Assembly (NCBI RefSeq): GCF_964194155.1
Contig: NC_135903.1
Coordinates: forward strand, 10,664,001-10,728,000
Length of the DNA: 64,000 nucleotides
Reading direction: 5' to 3'
Source of the DNA: Cetorhinus maximus
Lineage: Eukaryota
Of the stretch, positions 9,078 through 21,522 are shown one piece after another (position 1 is the first letter of the stretch; each line of letters begins with the position of its first letter). A model generated the notes under the pieces. That model saw nothing but the letters and a program-made list of their open reading frames with translations, did not search any database and was not told the DNA's origin. Position numbers and translations under genes: made by a program.

Positions 9078-12000
9078 GTAAGTTACAATCTATTGCCCTT
9101 TTCCTCAGCGGGTACAATCTATTGCCCCTTATCCCCAGTCAGAATCCATTGCTCCATTTCTCCATTTACAATCTATTTCGTCTCTCTCCAGTCTATTTCC
9201 CCCTGCTCCAGTTACAATCTATTGTCCCATTTCCCCAGTTACAATCTATTGCCCCATTTCCCCAGTTACAATCTATTGCCCCATTTCCCCAGTTACAATC
9301 TATTGCCCCTTTCCCCATCAGTCACAATCTATTGCCCCATTTCCCCAGTTACAATCTATTGCCCCATTTCCCCAGTTACAATCTATTGCCCCATTTCCCC
9401 ATCAGTCACAATCTATTGCCCCATTTCCCCAGTTACAATCTATTGCCCCTTTCCCCATCAGTTACAATCTATTGCCCCATTTCCTCAGTTACAATCTATT
9501 GCCCCATTTCCCCAGTTACAATCTATTGCCCCATTTCCCCAGTTACAATCTATTGCCCCATTTCCCCAGTTACAATCTATTGCCCCATTTCCCCAGTTAC
9601 AATCTATTGCCCCTTTCCCACCAGTGTTGTGTGCCTGTTTTGTGAAAGGAGCTGTATAAATCTTAGTCTTTCATGAAGGGAGTTCCAATTTAAAAGACGA
9701 AGTGTGTAGTCCTGTATATTTCACACACCGGGGTGTCTTGGCACAGTATTATATACTGTTTCTATCGTGGATATTGCTGAAAGGAGAGACACGTTGCCAA
9801 AGCTGTTCCCCTTGGAATCACCAGGAAAAACACAAGCAGGCCAAATTTCAAAGGATCACAATTATACTGCAGGAGAAGAGGGTGTTGTAGTATAAATTGC
9901 GATCCTTTGAGCTTTGGCATTCTTGCATTTGTCCTGAGGAATGCAAGAGGAAAAGCTTTGGCAATATGTCTCTCTTTTCAGCAACATTCAAGTTCTGTTC
10001 TGCCAGGTGACTGTTTCTATCTTGTTAGTTGTATCAGAGATAAATATTTATTTAAAAACACAGGCAATGTTTAGTGTCACTTATAAAAATGAGCGTACTA
10101 TACCTATAAAGGATTTGGTTTTGGGGAGGAGGAGCATATTAAAGCATAGCCTGTCAGGAGGAGAGGGATTGTTGCCTTGTCAAACTAATATTAGAGGATC
10201 AGTGAATGGAGGACGTGCATCTTGCAGAGAAAATCAGCGCTGCTGGGCCTGCCTCCATGGGTAGTATTCTTCCACCCCCCACCGCCCCACACCCCGAGTA
10301 AAAAGGTGATAGGTACAAGCCCTGTTCTAGAGATTTGAGCACAAAACCTAGCTTCACATTCCAGTGCAGCACTGCCACTCAAAACAAATCCTGTGTAAAA
10401 AATCGCCAGAACTTTCCAACAAGCACCAAGATGTAGCTTGGCTGGTGGTGAGAAAGGCCCTCCCCGTCAGATCCTTCCAACATGCCAGGAGTCTCACCCC
10501 CTCTGCACATTGCCCTCGAGGTTGCTGTGGTGGGGAAGAGACCGTTGTTCACCTCCTTGTGGATTGTGCCTTTGCAAAGAAGGTCTGAAGAGAGATGCAG
10601 TGGTTTCTGTCGAGGTTCATCCCGAGCAGTTCTGTGACACAGGACTCCGTGCTCTATGGGCTGTTCCCAGGGACACACACCAAGACAAACATCAACTGCA
10701 GCTGGAGGATCATCAACTCAGTAAAAGACGCTCTTTGGTCAGCCCAAAACTTGTTGGTCTTCCAGTGCAAAGAGTTGTCCACGACCGAGTGTTGCAGACG
10801 GGCACATTCCAAGGTCCAGGACTACGTGCTGAGGGACGCACTAAAGCTTGGGGCAGCCGGCACAATGTGGAAAGGTCGCTGTCTAAGACCTTTCTGCCAT
10901 AGTGCACTGAGAGGCTGGGAACTGTTGAGAGCCCCTCGGGCTGTACAGTTCAAAATGAATGTATGCATTAAATACTAAATGTATTATAATTGTATTGAAG
11001 CACCTCAGAGTGCAACATGATGTATGTTGATAACTCCAATACCATTGCACCTCGTGATCCATGTGTAAAAGTTGAATATGATTGCACTTTTTGTGATGGC
11101 AATTTAGAAATGTTTTGTATTGTTCTTTCAGATATTTTATGAATAAAGTATATTTTATGAATTTAAAAAAATCCTGTGTATGAATATTGAAATATAACTT
11201 CTGACTTCCATTTTTTAAAATTAGAACTGTCCTTAAAAAAACAAGTGTTTGCATTTATATAGTGCCTTTCCAGCCTCAGGATATCTCGAAGGGCTTTAAA
11301 GCTAATGAAGTATTTTTGAAGTGTAGTTACTGTTGTAAAGTAGGAAAAGTGGCAGCCAGTTTGGTGCAGAGCAAGCTCCACAAATCATAACCAACATCAC
11401 AAAAACAGATTATTTGGTCAAGGGATAAATATTGTCCATGACACCAGGGATAACACTCCCCTAATGTTCTTTGAAATAGTGACAAGGGATCTTCTACGCC
11501 CACCTGAAAGGGCAGATGGGCTTCAGTTTAATCCGAAAGACAGTACCTCATACAGTGCAGCACTCCCACAGTACTGCACTGGGAGCGTAGGCCTGGATTA
11601 TTTGCTCATGTGCGGTATGGGACTTGAGGTAAATGTTATTGACTCACAAGACACCCAGGACATCTTTGTCTGCATGCACTGTTAGGATGGTTTCAGTGGC
11701 CTGGGAGATGGAGGGGGTGGTAAATCAGCCAGAGTCTTTGCTCTGTTCACAATTTGGTGATACCTGCTGAATGGTTGATGAGAACGGGACCAATCTTTGC
11801 AGTGATCAGCCTGCTCGTTCCTATGTGAATTGCCCTCCAATCCAGGGCCAGATGTAGAGTTCTGACTTGGGCATACTGAGCTACAGGAGGGTGCGAAAAA
11901 GGAACATGAGAACTAGTGATGGGGAATTGATGGAAAGGGATTTTGCAGATCACTGTAATACTGTTGTTAATTGGAACACTGTAGTACAAAGTACCATGGA

Positions 12001-15000
12001 GAGACCTTGAGGTTAAAATCTAGGCTGACACAACCAATGCAGGATTGAGGGAACATGGCACTGTCAGGGTTGTCATCTTTTGGATGAGACATTAAACCAA
12101 AGACATTCTGCCTGCACTCTTGGATCACAATGGCACTATTTTGAAGCAGAGTAGGGAAGTTAGTCTTGGTGTTATAAGTCCAATATTTGTCCCTCAACCA
12201 CCATCACAAAAAACAGTTTATCTGGTCATTATCAGATTACTGTTTGTGGCATCTTGCTATGTGCAAATTGGTTTTTGTGTTCCCTACATTCCAACACTGG
12301 CTTCATTTCAAAAGTTCTTCTTTGGCTGTGAAGTGCTTTGGGATGTCCTCAGATCGTGAAAGGTGCTATAGAAAAGCAAGTCTGCCTGTGTTTGCTTTCT
12401 TAATCTGTCAATGTTATTTTGCTGCCTAACATTTCCTAACTGGATTTGCTTTAGGCCAAATATAAAGAGCGAGGAACAGTGATGGCTGAAGATCAGCTGG
12501 TTCAGGTGAGTGGATATACTCTTAAACTCAATCAATTCATTGATCTTTTTACTGTCTGATGCTGACACTTTTAGTTTCAGCACCTTCTAGTACTGAGGGA
12601 CCAGTGGTCCTTGTGATCCAAATCTTACTGAATTTTTCTCACTGTGCAGATGTCAAAGCAGCTGGAAATGTTCAGGACACATCTGGAGGAATTTGCCAGC
12701 AAGCACAAGCAGGAGATTCGGAAAAGCTCACAGTTTCGTGTTCAGTTTCAGGACATGTGTGCAACAATTGGAGTGGACCCCCTCGCTTGTAATCCTGTTT
12801 ACTCATATCTCTCCAATTTCCTTTTGACTTCCCATCTCCCCTGATCTCAGAGTGTTTGGGTCATTCTAGAGAGAGCTTTACTCTGTATCTAACCTCGTGC
12901 TGTACCTGTCCTGGGAGTGTTTGATGGGGACAGAGTAGAGGGAGCTTTACTCTGTATCTAACCCCGTGCTGTACCTGTCCTGGGAGTGTTTGATGGGGAC
13001 AGAGTAGAGGGAGCTTTACTCTTTATCTAACCCCGTGCTGTACCTGTCCTGGGAGTGTTTGATGGGGACAGTGTAGAGGGAGCTTTACTCTGTATCTAAC
13101 CCTGTGCTGTACTTGTCCTGGGAGTGACGGGGACAATGTAGAGGGCGCTTTACTCTGTATCTAACCCCATGCTGTACCTGTCCTGGGAGTGACGGGGACA
13201 GTGTAGAGGGAGCTTTACTCTGTATCTAAGCCTGTGCTGTACCTGTCCTGGGAGTGTTTGATGGGGACGGTGTAGAGGGAGCTTTACTCTGTATCTAACC
13301 CTGTGCTGTACTTGTCCTGGGAGTGACGGGGACAATGTAGAGGGCGCTTTACTCTGTATCTAACCCCATGCTGTACCTGTCCTGGGAGTGACGGGGACAG
13401 TGTAGAGGGAGCTTTACTCTGTATCGAACCCTGTGCTGTACCTGTCCTGGGAGTGTTTAATAGGATGGTGTAGAGGGAACTTTATTCTGTATCTAAACCA
13501 ATGCTGTACCTGTTTGGAAGTGGTGATGCAATTTGGGAGGAGTTTTTAAAGAGTTCTGTTTCTCTGCATTAATGAACAAAGAAAATTCACTCAAAAATGA
13601 TGTCATATATACAAGTTTATTTTTAATTTCCTATATGCAGCTGGCAAAGGATTCTGGTCGGAGATGCTGGGCGTTGGAGACTTTTACTATGAACTGGGAG
13701 TGCAGATTATTGAAGTGTGTCTGGCTCTGAAACACAGAAACGGAGGTGAATCTCTCATTATCAGTTGTTTGTCAGTTCGGTGATTTGCTTGAGGCTGTGG
13801 CCATGAGCAGAGATATCATTGTACTTTAACCCAGGTTGAACTCTTGTTTTCTGAATGCAGCCTGTTGCAGGGTTCTAAAGTGCAGAACTTTAGTTTAAAA
13901 TGTGTGGGAATCTGTTGTGCAACTACAACTTGCATTTATATAGCGCTGTTAATGTAGTAAAGCACTTTTCTAAATCTGATACTGAGTCACATAAGGAGAT
14001 ATTGGTACAGGTGACTGAAAGCTTGGTTAAAGAGGTAGGTTCTAAGGAGTGACTTGTAGAAAGAGAGAGCTAGAAATATGGAGGGGTTTAGGGAGGAAAT
14101 TCCAGAGGTTAGGACCCAGGCGTATGAAGGTACAGCCACAGTGGTGGAGCAATGAAAATTGGAAATGCGCGCGAGGCAGATTTTGGAGGTTGGTGGGGCT
14201 GGATGTTACAGAGATAGGGAAGGGGCGAGACCATGGAGGGATTTGAACACAATGTTAAGACTTTTAAAACTGTAGCGTTGCTGGACTGGGACCTAGTAGT
14301 AGGTCAGCAAGCATGCAGGTGATGGGTGAGCGGGAGTTGGGCGAAAATGATTGGGAAAAGTTTCTCATGCTGTATCCTTAACTTTGCCAGGTCTGATCAC
14401 ACTGGATGAGCTGCACCAGCGTGTGCTCAAAGGTAGAGGCAAGTTTGCTCAAGACGTCAGTCAGTGAGTACAACTGAGAACCCTGAATGAAGTGGATTGA
14501 TTCATTGACTAAGTCTGCTCCTGCCCTCATTACCATGGGACTAACTGTTATTGTTCAGTAACCAAGATCAGCTGAGATTACATTTCAGACTCGGAGAAAT
14601 TTAGAGCACAGCAGGAAGCCATTTGGCCCATCGTATTTATACTGGTTCTTTGAAAGGTGCACTGATAGAATGTTGATAGGAGTTTGGAGCTCTCTTCAAA
14701 CGGCAATTGATTCTTGATCAGTTGATAATTTTAAATCTGAAATTGATCGATTTTTGTTAGCCAAAGGTAGTTCGGGATATCAGAAAAAGGCAGGTATATG
14801 GAGTTAGGTTGCAGATCAACCATGATCTTATGGATTGGTGGAACAGGCTTGAGGGACTAGATGGCCTCCTGTTCTGTTGTTGACATTGACTGATTTTATT
14901 AATTCTGACGCCCACCTACCCTTTGAGCAATGACTTTGGCCCAACTTCTTCCTCTCTTACCTTCCATATCCAGGGACGATCTCATTCGGGCCATAAAGAA

Positions 15001-17749
15001 ACTGAAATCCTTGGGTAATGGCTTCAGTATAATCCCAGTGGGAGGCAGGTACCTGGTGCAGTCTGTCCCTGCAGAGCTTAACATGGATCATACGGTGGTG
15101 CTGCAGATTGCTGAGGTAAGTGACGTCATTTGTTTTGTGAGGCTGCTGTTGGACTGAGAGATTATTCAGTAACAACCTGCACCTTTTCATGTAGTAAAAT
15201 GTCCCAAGGTACTTCACAGGAGCAATTGTGAAATAAAATTCAACACATAAGGAGATATTAGGACAGGTGATCAAAAGCTTGGTCAATGAGGTTAGTTTGA
15301 AGGAGTGGCTTAAAGGAGGAGAAGGAGGAAGAGACTTGGAGAGACGTAGGGAGGGAATTCCAGAGTTTAGGGCCTAGGCGGCTAAAGGTATGGCCACCTA
15401 TGGTAGAGCAACTAAAATTGGGGATGTGTAAGAAGGTACGTGTGCGAGAGAGATGCCGTGTTCAGGTTTTGTAAGGTGACCTAAGGTGACAGAGCTGTCC
15501 TTGCAACCCCCTTGTTTTTTTTTTTGCCTTCGCATCATTCACACACTTCAGATCAAGCTTGTGTGTAGGCTCCCTCCCTTATTGTTCTGGATTGGGTACT
15601 GAAGCCAAGAAAATGCATTTTAAGCACGTGATGGAGGGTATGTTTCTCCTCGAGGCCTTAATGGTAAAGAAAGATTTGCATTTATATAATGCCTTTCATG
15701 ACACTCCAAAATGCTTTTTTTTTCTTTCATGGGATGTGGGGGTGACTGACTAGGCCAGAATTTATTGCCCATCCCTAATTGCCCTTGAGGTGGTGGTGAG
15801 CTGCCTTGAACTGCTGCACCCACGTGGTGTACGTACACCTACAGTGCTGTTAGGGAGGATGTTCCAGGATTTTGACCCAGTGACAGTGAAGGAATGGTGA
15901 CCTAGTACCATGTAGGGATGGTGTGTGGCTTGGAGGGGAACTTGCAGGTGGTGGTATTCCCATGTGTCTGCTGCCCTTGCCTTTCTAGGTGGTAGAGGTC
16001 ACAGGTTTGGAAGGTGCTGTTGAAGGAGCCTTGGTGAGTTGCTGTCGTGCACCTTGTAGATGGTACACATTGCTGCCACTGTGCATCAGTGGTGGAGGAA
16101 GTGGATGTTAAAGGTGGTGTCAATCAAGCAGGCTTTTTTGTCCAGAATGGTGTTGAGCTTAGTGTTGTTGGAGCGGCACTTCTCCAGGCAAGTGGAGAGT
16201 CTTTCATCACACTCCAGACTTATGTCTTGTAGATGGTGGATAGGCTTTGGGGAGTCAGTTTAATGTTCTCATTCATAAGACAATGCCTCTGGTGCAGCAC
16301 TCCCTCAGTACTGCACTGGGAATGTCAGCTTAGATTCTTGTGCTCAAGTTTCTGAAGTGGGACTTGAACATGTGACCCTCAGACTCAGGGGAGGTGTTAC
16401 CCACTGAGCCCTTCAAACTGTACTTGATCACAGTGATGAGACAAGACAAAGGGCATGAATGAGAAACTGGGGGTAAAACTATCCTCCGTCTGTTGTTTCA
16501 CAGCATTTTTGTTATGATGTGGAGATAAATCAAACTCATCCACTTCATGTCTTACAGAAAAATGGATATGTGACAATCAGTGAAATTAAATCCAGCCTGA
16601 AGTGGGATACTGAACGCACTAACCAGGTGTTGGTACGTATATCTATACACCTGATGCAGTATTCTCTCTCTCTTAGTGTCCTATTCTGTTATGGTCAGGA
16701 TTAGACTGTCCGCTGATGCTAACCGCATTCCACCTTTCATAACCTGATAGAACGAGGGGGAATGGTATCACTGGAGTGAGCCGGAGTCACAATGTTGATT
16801 CTATTTCTCTATCAAAACGTGGATCTGCTTCTATTTGCAAAGCTGCTTTCTTTCAAATAAGAGACACTGCTAATAAAGAATGAATGGCCCATCTAAATTA
16901 ACAATGCCTGTCAGCAAGTTTAAACTACAGTTTCAAAATTCCTGCCTATAAAACATTGAATATCTCATGGTGTCCATTGGCAATGGAATGCTTCCAACAA
17001 ACTGTTGGACCTCACTTGATCATACATTGGAGTCAGTTGGAATACCATAGATTGAAACAAAGATGAAAGGGTGGAGAAATCTTCCCTTGTGATCTTGGTC
17101 CACAGTGATTAGTCAAAATAGCCACTTTCAATATGGATGATAAATATGAAGCATGTCAATAAAAGCACTGGTCATTATACTTTGTACGGACTTGGATCTG
17201 TAGGAAAACTTCAGTACAATACCTTCCTTTAGTTCTTGGTTAAAAGTTGCTGTTCACGTTCAACACTTTCATATTTTAGATTCTTCATGACTTTTCCACC
17301 TTAGCAAGTTACCTAGAATTATTGTATTTAAAGCACAATCACAGGTCCATGCCAGTATTCATGCTCCCACCCTACTTTATCTCACGCCATCAACATATCC
17401 TTTCTCCCTCATGATTAACTAGTTTCCCATCCATGCTTGTCACCTCAAACACTCCTTATAGTGTTGAGTTCCATTATCTCACCACTCTCAAAAGTAGTTT
17501 TATTTTAATTACAGCTTGGGAGAATGGGAAATTAGCTGATTCCCATGAATAAATAGTCAATAAGTTAATTGAGAACTGTGTCCTAAACCTTAGAGTTATA
17601 ACCTCTTTCAGGAACATTTGTTGAAGGAAGGCTTGGCGTGGATTGACAAACAAGCTCCTGAAGAGCCTCAGTACTGGTTGCCTGCACTCTTCTCTGATCT
17701 ATACTCCCAAGATGTCACTCCAGAAGAAGCTGATGAAAGTTTGCCGTGA
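9024..17749 (+). CDS. SNF8: SNF8 / EAP30 / VPS22, ESCRT-II subunit; 8 coding exons, 777 nt, 258 aa
   Basis: Exons 9024-9077, 12455-12505, 12650-12788, 13641-13745, 14391-14463, 14974-15115, 16558-16632 and 17612-17749 join in frame: [25 protein letters not shown]...[25 protein letters not shown]. Confidence 0.98.
9081..9620. repeat. 27-bp minisatellite at the start of SNF8 intron 1
   Basis: Unit AGTTACAATCTATTGCCCCATTTCCCC, ~19 copies, with occasional ATC-insertion variants. Confidence 0.95.
10398..11168 (+). mobile_element. 5'-truncated Tx1/L1-clade retrotransposon with 12-bp TSD
   Basis: C-terminal zinc-binding region [29 protein letters not shown]..., AATAAA and A-tail. AAATCCTGTGTA at 10386-10397 and 11169-11180. 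Confidence 0.85.
12455..12505 (+). CDS. SNF8: SNF8 coding exon 2
   Basis: ctttag| [17 protein letters not shown] |gtgagt. Confidence 0.97.
12650..12788 (+). CDS. SNF8: SNF8 coding exon 3
   Basis: gtgcag| [46 protein letters not shown]+T |gtaatc. Confidence 0.95.
12872..13515. repeat. 65/69-bp tandem repeat in SNF8 intron 3
   Basis: Unit GGAGCTTTACTCTGTATCTAACCCCGTGCTGTACCTGTCCTGGGAGTGTTTGATGGGGACAGTGTAGAG, ~9.5 copies. Confidence 0.95.
13641..13745 (+). CDS. SNF8: SNF8 coding exon 4
   Basis: atgcag| (S)[34 protein letters not shown]+G |gtgaat. Confidence 0.97.
14391..14463 (+). CDS. SNF8: SNF8 coding exon 5
   Basis: tgccag| (G)[23 protein letters not shown]+CA |gtgagt. Confidence 0.97.
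14974..15115 (+). CDS. SNF8: SNF8 coding exon 6
   Basis: atccag| (Q)[47 protein letters not shown] |gtaagt. Confidence 0.97.
15720..16258 (-). mobile_element. 3' fragment of a CR1/L2-group LINE in SNF8 intron 6
   Basis: Same 3' sequence as the 48055-50190 and 54300-55340 copies. Confidence 0.82.
16558..16632 (+). CDS. SNF8: SNF8 coding exon 7
   Basis: ttacag| [25 protein letters not shown] |gtacgt. Confidence 0.96.
17612..17749 (+). CDS. SNF8: SNF8 coding exon 8 (stop)
   Basis: tttcag| [48 protein letters not shown]. Confidence 0.97.
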   Translation, partial: EHLLKEGLAWIDKQAPEEPQYWLPALFSDLYSQDVTPEEADESLP

Positions 17750-18437
17750 GAAAAATGAAAACTGAATTCAATCTGGGGAGTCAAAAAAGTCTGCAACTTT
17801 ACAGTTCTGGTACCAGCATGAAAGATTAGTGTAAAACTGTGGCTGTTCAAATTCTGGGATTGTTAAGGGTCTTTTTGTAGGTGGCAACTTCCAGTATTGC
17901 TGTATGTGATACTTGCACAGTCAAACAGTAGACCTTTCTCTGTCTTTCCATCTCAGCTAATTGAGTTTGTGTCCAGAAGTGACTGTAAAGTGCTGGTGGC
18001 AGGGTTTTGATTTTGAGAGGAGGAGGTGGGGGGGAGAAGTCCTTTGACACAGTTGTGGTTAAAAAGCATATTTCAGAGAACTGAAGGCGAGGCAATGTTG
18101 CTAAAGCAAGAGTCAGGAGCAACGCAGTTTGACCTGCAGAACATCTGGATAAGTCAACCGAACCATTAAACCTCTTTAAAACTTTTAATTTTGTTAGCAA
18201 TACAATGGGCAGGAAAAGACCAGCTGAGTCTGTCATAAACATTGAGACTAAATGTTTCCTACTCTTTTTCACACACCATCCCCCTCAACCCCACCGGCTG
18301 AGGGAGGAGTCACCGCCTGAGGAGGAAGAACCCTGTCACCAGCAGCTGGGCTTTGTAATTCAAATCTTTCAATTAAATTTTGTGAAAACAAACCAGCTAA
18401 TGAAGAGGGGTTTTTTTTTGCACTGTGTTTAAAAAGT

Positions 18438-18443
18438 AATAAA
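18438..18443 (+). terminator. Candidate proximal poly(A) signal of SNF8
   Basis: First AATAAA I found after the stop codon (~690 nt downstream). Confidence 0.5.
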
Positions 18444-21400
18444 CAGTTTCCAGCAGCGCACACATCATTTCCCTGTGATTCATTAACAGCAGCTTGCTGA
18501 AATCTAGCTCTTATGATTGAATCCAAATGCAGATCAATACTGACCGAGGATCGAGTTTTTTTCCTTTCCTTCTGCTAATCAGGATGGCCCTATGCCCTGA
18601 AGCAGTTGGCAATCATATAACTGGCTTTTGATCACTCAAAGTGTCATTCTAAACAGTTGAACTAACCGAGTTAGGTCACCCTCTGAATATCTCCTTCCTG
18701 CCTCCAGGGCAGTTCGTGACTTGACTTAGTCTCTTCCGTCGTCACAAACTACCCAGTGTAGTGGTTCATTGTGCAAACTGCAAACCAACAGCTGCTAGAA
18801 ACTAAGCTTTGCTTATATGTTGCTGTCAGGGGAGGGAACAGGCAGCTTGCGATTCCAAGCCTCAATTTTAAAATTCTCGCTCAAATCGCTCCATAGTGTC
18901 ATCTCGCTCTATCTGTGGGCTTTACTGGGGGAGGGGGAAATTAAAATCAGCCAGGATTCCTTCTGCTAAGCATTATTCCATGATTCATGCTGAATTTGCA
19001 TGTGTGCCAAATGAAGACAGGACATTCCTCTCAGCTGAATAGTCTGTGTGACACTTGCCAGCTCGTCTCCACTACCACTTGCTGGTGTTATTAACTGAAG
19101 AGAAATCGGAGCAGAAAAAATCTCTAATAGGGCAATCTCTTAAATCTCCTCTGCGCCCTCTCCAGGTTAATAGAAGTATACAAGAGTTTTGATAAAGTAA
19201 ATAGGAGGGTTAGATTTAAGGTAATGGCGAAAGAATTGGGGGGGTGGGGAAGAAAATGAGAAGTTCATTTACACAATAAGTTGTTACAATCTAAAATGCA
19301 CTGCTGGAAAAGTGGGGTGGAAACAGATTCAATAATAACTTTCAGAAGGGAATTTGGATAAATACTTAAAAGAAATCCTTGCAGAGCTACAGGAAAGAAC
19401 AGGGGGAATTGGATAGCTCTTTCAAAGAGCTGGCACAGGCACAGGCACGATTGGCCAAATGGCTCTCTTCTGTGCTGGGATGTAAGCTTGTTGCTTTAAA
19501 CAACCAATAACCGCGACAAACCCATTGGCCCCTCTCTGGTGATGCATTATAAACAGAATGAAGCAAAGTATGAGAATCATGCAATTTAGTAAATTTTCCG
19601 TCATCAGCAAATTTTATTGCACCAAAAATTTGAATTGTCACTTATATACAATATAAACATCAGTGCTTTTTCCTAGTTTGCATATTAGTTGTTAACCACG
19701 ATTAGACAGTCTTTAACCAGCTGCATCTGTTAAATTGGTGTCGTAGCCCAGTCTAACCAACATTACTGCATTGGCAAATTCACTGGTGCTTTACCTTCCC
19801 CTCCCTGTTACCTTGAATGAAGTACCAGCTCAATAACGTGTGTATAACCCACAGTGAGTAAACCAGTAGGAAAATTACACCCAGCACCCACTTCAGGGGT
19901 GCCACGACAAGCTGGTGAATGAATTACCACCAACCAAGTATGGGAGTTCTTCACGAGAAGAGGGGAGACAAGTAGAGACAAACTACCACAGCAATGCATC
20001 TGGTACTTAAAATACCCAGACACTCTCCAGTGCCCATCTGGCCCAGGTGGTTTATTTTATAAGGCATCATAACAGTGAGGTGTAGGTAACATGAGAAACC
20101 ATGGTAATAAAAAAAACGTTTAAAATCTAAAGGAGCTGTGCTTTATATAAAACTCGTCCTCAGGTGATATTGTCTTTTCCTCACTGCTGAAGTGCAGCTC
20201 ACAGACACTAGTGGCCTATTCAGGACCTCCTGCAAATAGCCATTGCTCACTGCTTAAGCTTCTGCAGTAACTGTTGGCAGTGTGTTTGGCCAAGGGCATA
20301 GTGAGTCACTGGTGGCAAAGTGCTTCTTTTTGCCTGACGCACAAGCACTTTTCCAACAGGTGCCATAGTGTGTGTCTGGGGATGGCAAGGCTGGCTGAGT
20401 ACTGAGGCCAATTGCTAGCAACTCCACTCAAACTAGGGGATGAATCAGAGAATATCTTGCTCTAGATGGTCCAGTAACACTCCACATTCACCCATCCAAG
20501 ATTACACCAGATATCAAATGTTGGATAATATTACAATTCAGTCCCTGCAACTGAGTTTAACAGAAAAGAAGTGAAAGGTAACATTAACGCAGAGAAGGAA
20601 TTGGAGGGGGGGAATCAAAGTACACCAGTGGAAGGCTGTGAATACTGTCCCGGGGGAAAGGGGGGGGGGAAAAAACCCTTGGAAAATCTGACCGAAATTA
20701 ATTTCATGTCCATCCTGGTTCATAGAGTCATAGAGGTCTACAGCATAGAAAAAGGCCCATCGAGTCTGTGCCGGTCAAACAAGTACCTAGCATGTTGTGA
20801 AAGGAACTCTGGTTACTAAGCATTTAAAAGAGGAGCCTCCCTTTTAAGCAAGAAACATTTCTTACATTAACTATATCTCGTAGCTCCATACACATAGCAC
20901 TCCCTTGACATGGTGCTTTAAGCAGCTTTAACTCTGATTATACTCCATCATCTCCAGCCTTGGGAACTCCCCTTTGTGGCTGTCAAAGGGTCACAGGTGG
21001 TGACTATTTGCTGTCTTGCCTGGTATGGGAATCGGAAACAGTTGTGTGCCACAGTTTAAGGTGAGGCCCTAAACTGAAACAAACTTCTGTCACCAGCAAC
21101 CATATTGAATGCATCACTCAATTAAACAGAACAAGCAGCAGCAGCAGGGATGACTGAAATACAAAATGTGTCTCCTGGGTGAATTTTGGCAATTCAATAA
21201 TAGTTTTAAAAAGGAGGCACAGCATGCTATAAGCACTCGATTAAATCCCAACCAGTATTTCAACATTACCCTGATGAATACACCATAGGCCAATGCTTTG
21301 GCGTTGAATTTTTCAACTTTCTCTTCCACCCCAACCCCCATCTTTCACATTCTACTGGAGATCATGTTCCAAGCCCATTAATGCAATGTTGGTTATTCTG

Positions 21401-21506
21401 TTTGGAGATGTTACATTTTTGTAGCAGACAAAACTCATACAAGCCTTTTAGTTACAAATATAACTTACCTATCCTGGATGTTAACAGAGCTACTCCCTTC
21501 AATATG

Positions 21507-21522
21507 TTTATTGTACAATAAA
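21507..21522. terminator. Palindromic bidirectional poly(A) signal, candidate UBE2Z 3' end
   Basis: TTTATTGTACAATAAA is its own reverse complement and gives TGTA-C-AATAAA on both strands. Confidence 0.45.

Noticed and set aside
8682-9676. 325-aa and 184-aa ORFs with 9-aa repeats
   Set aside because: SNF8 exon 1 reading through its donor into a 27-bp minisatellite; only 9024-9077 is supported as coding.
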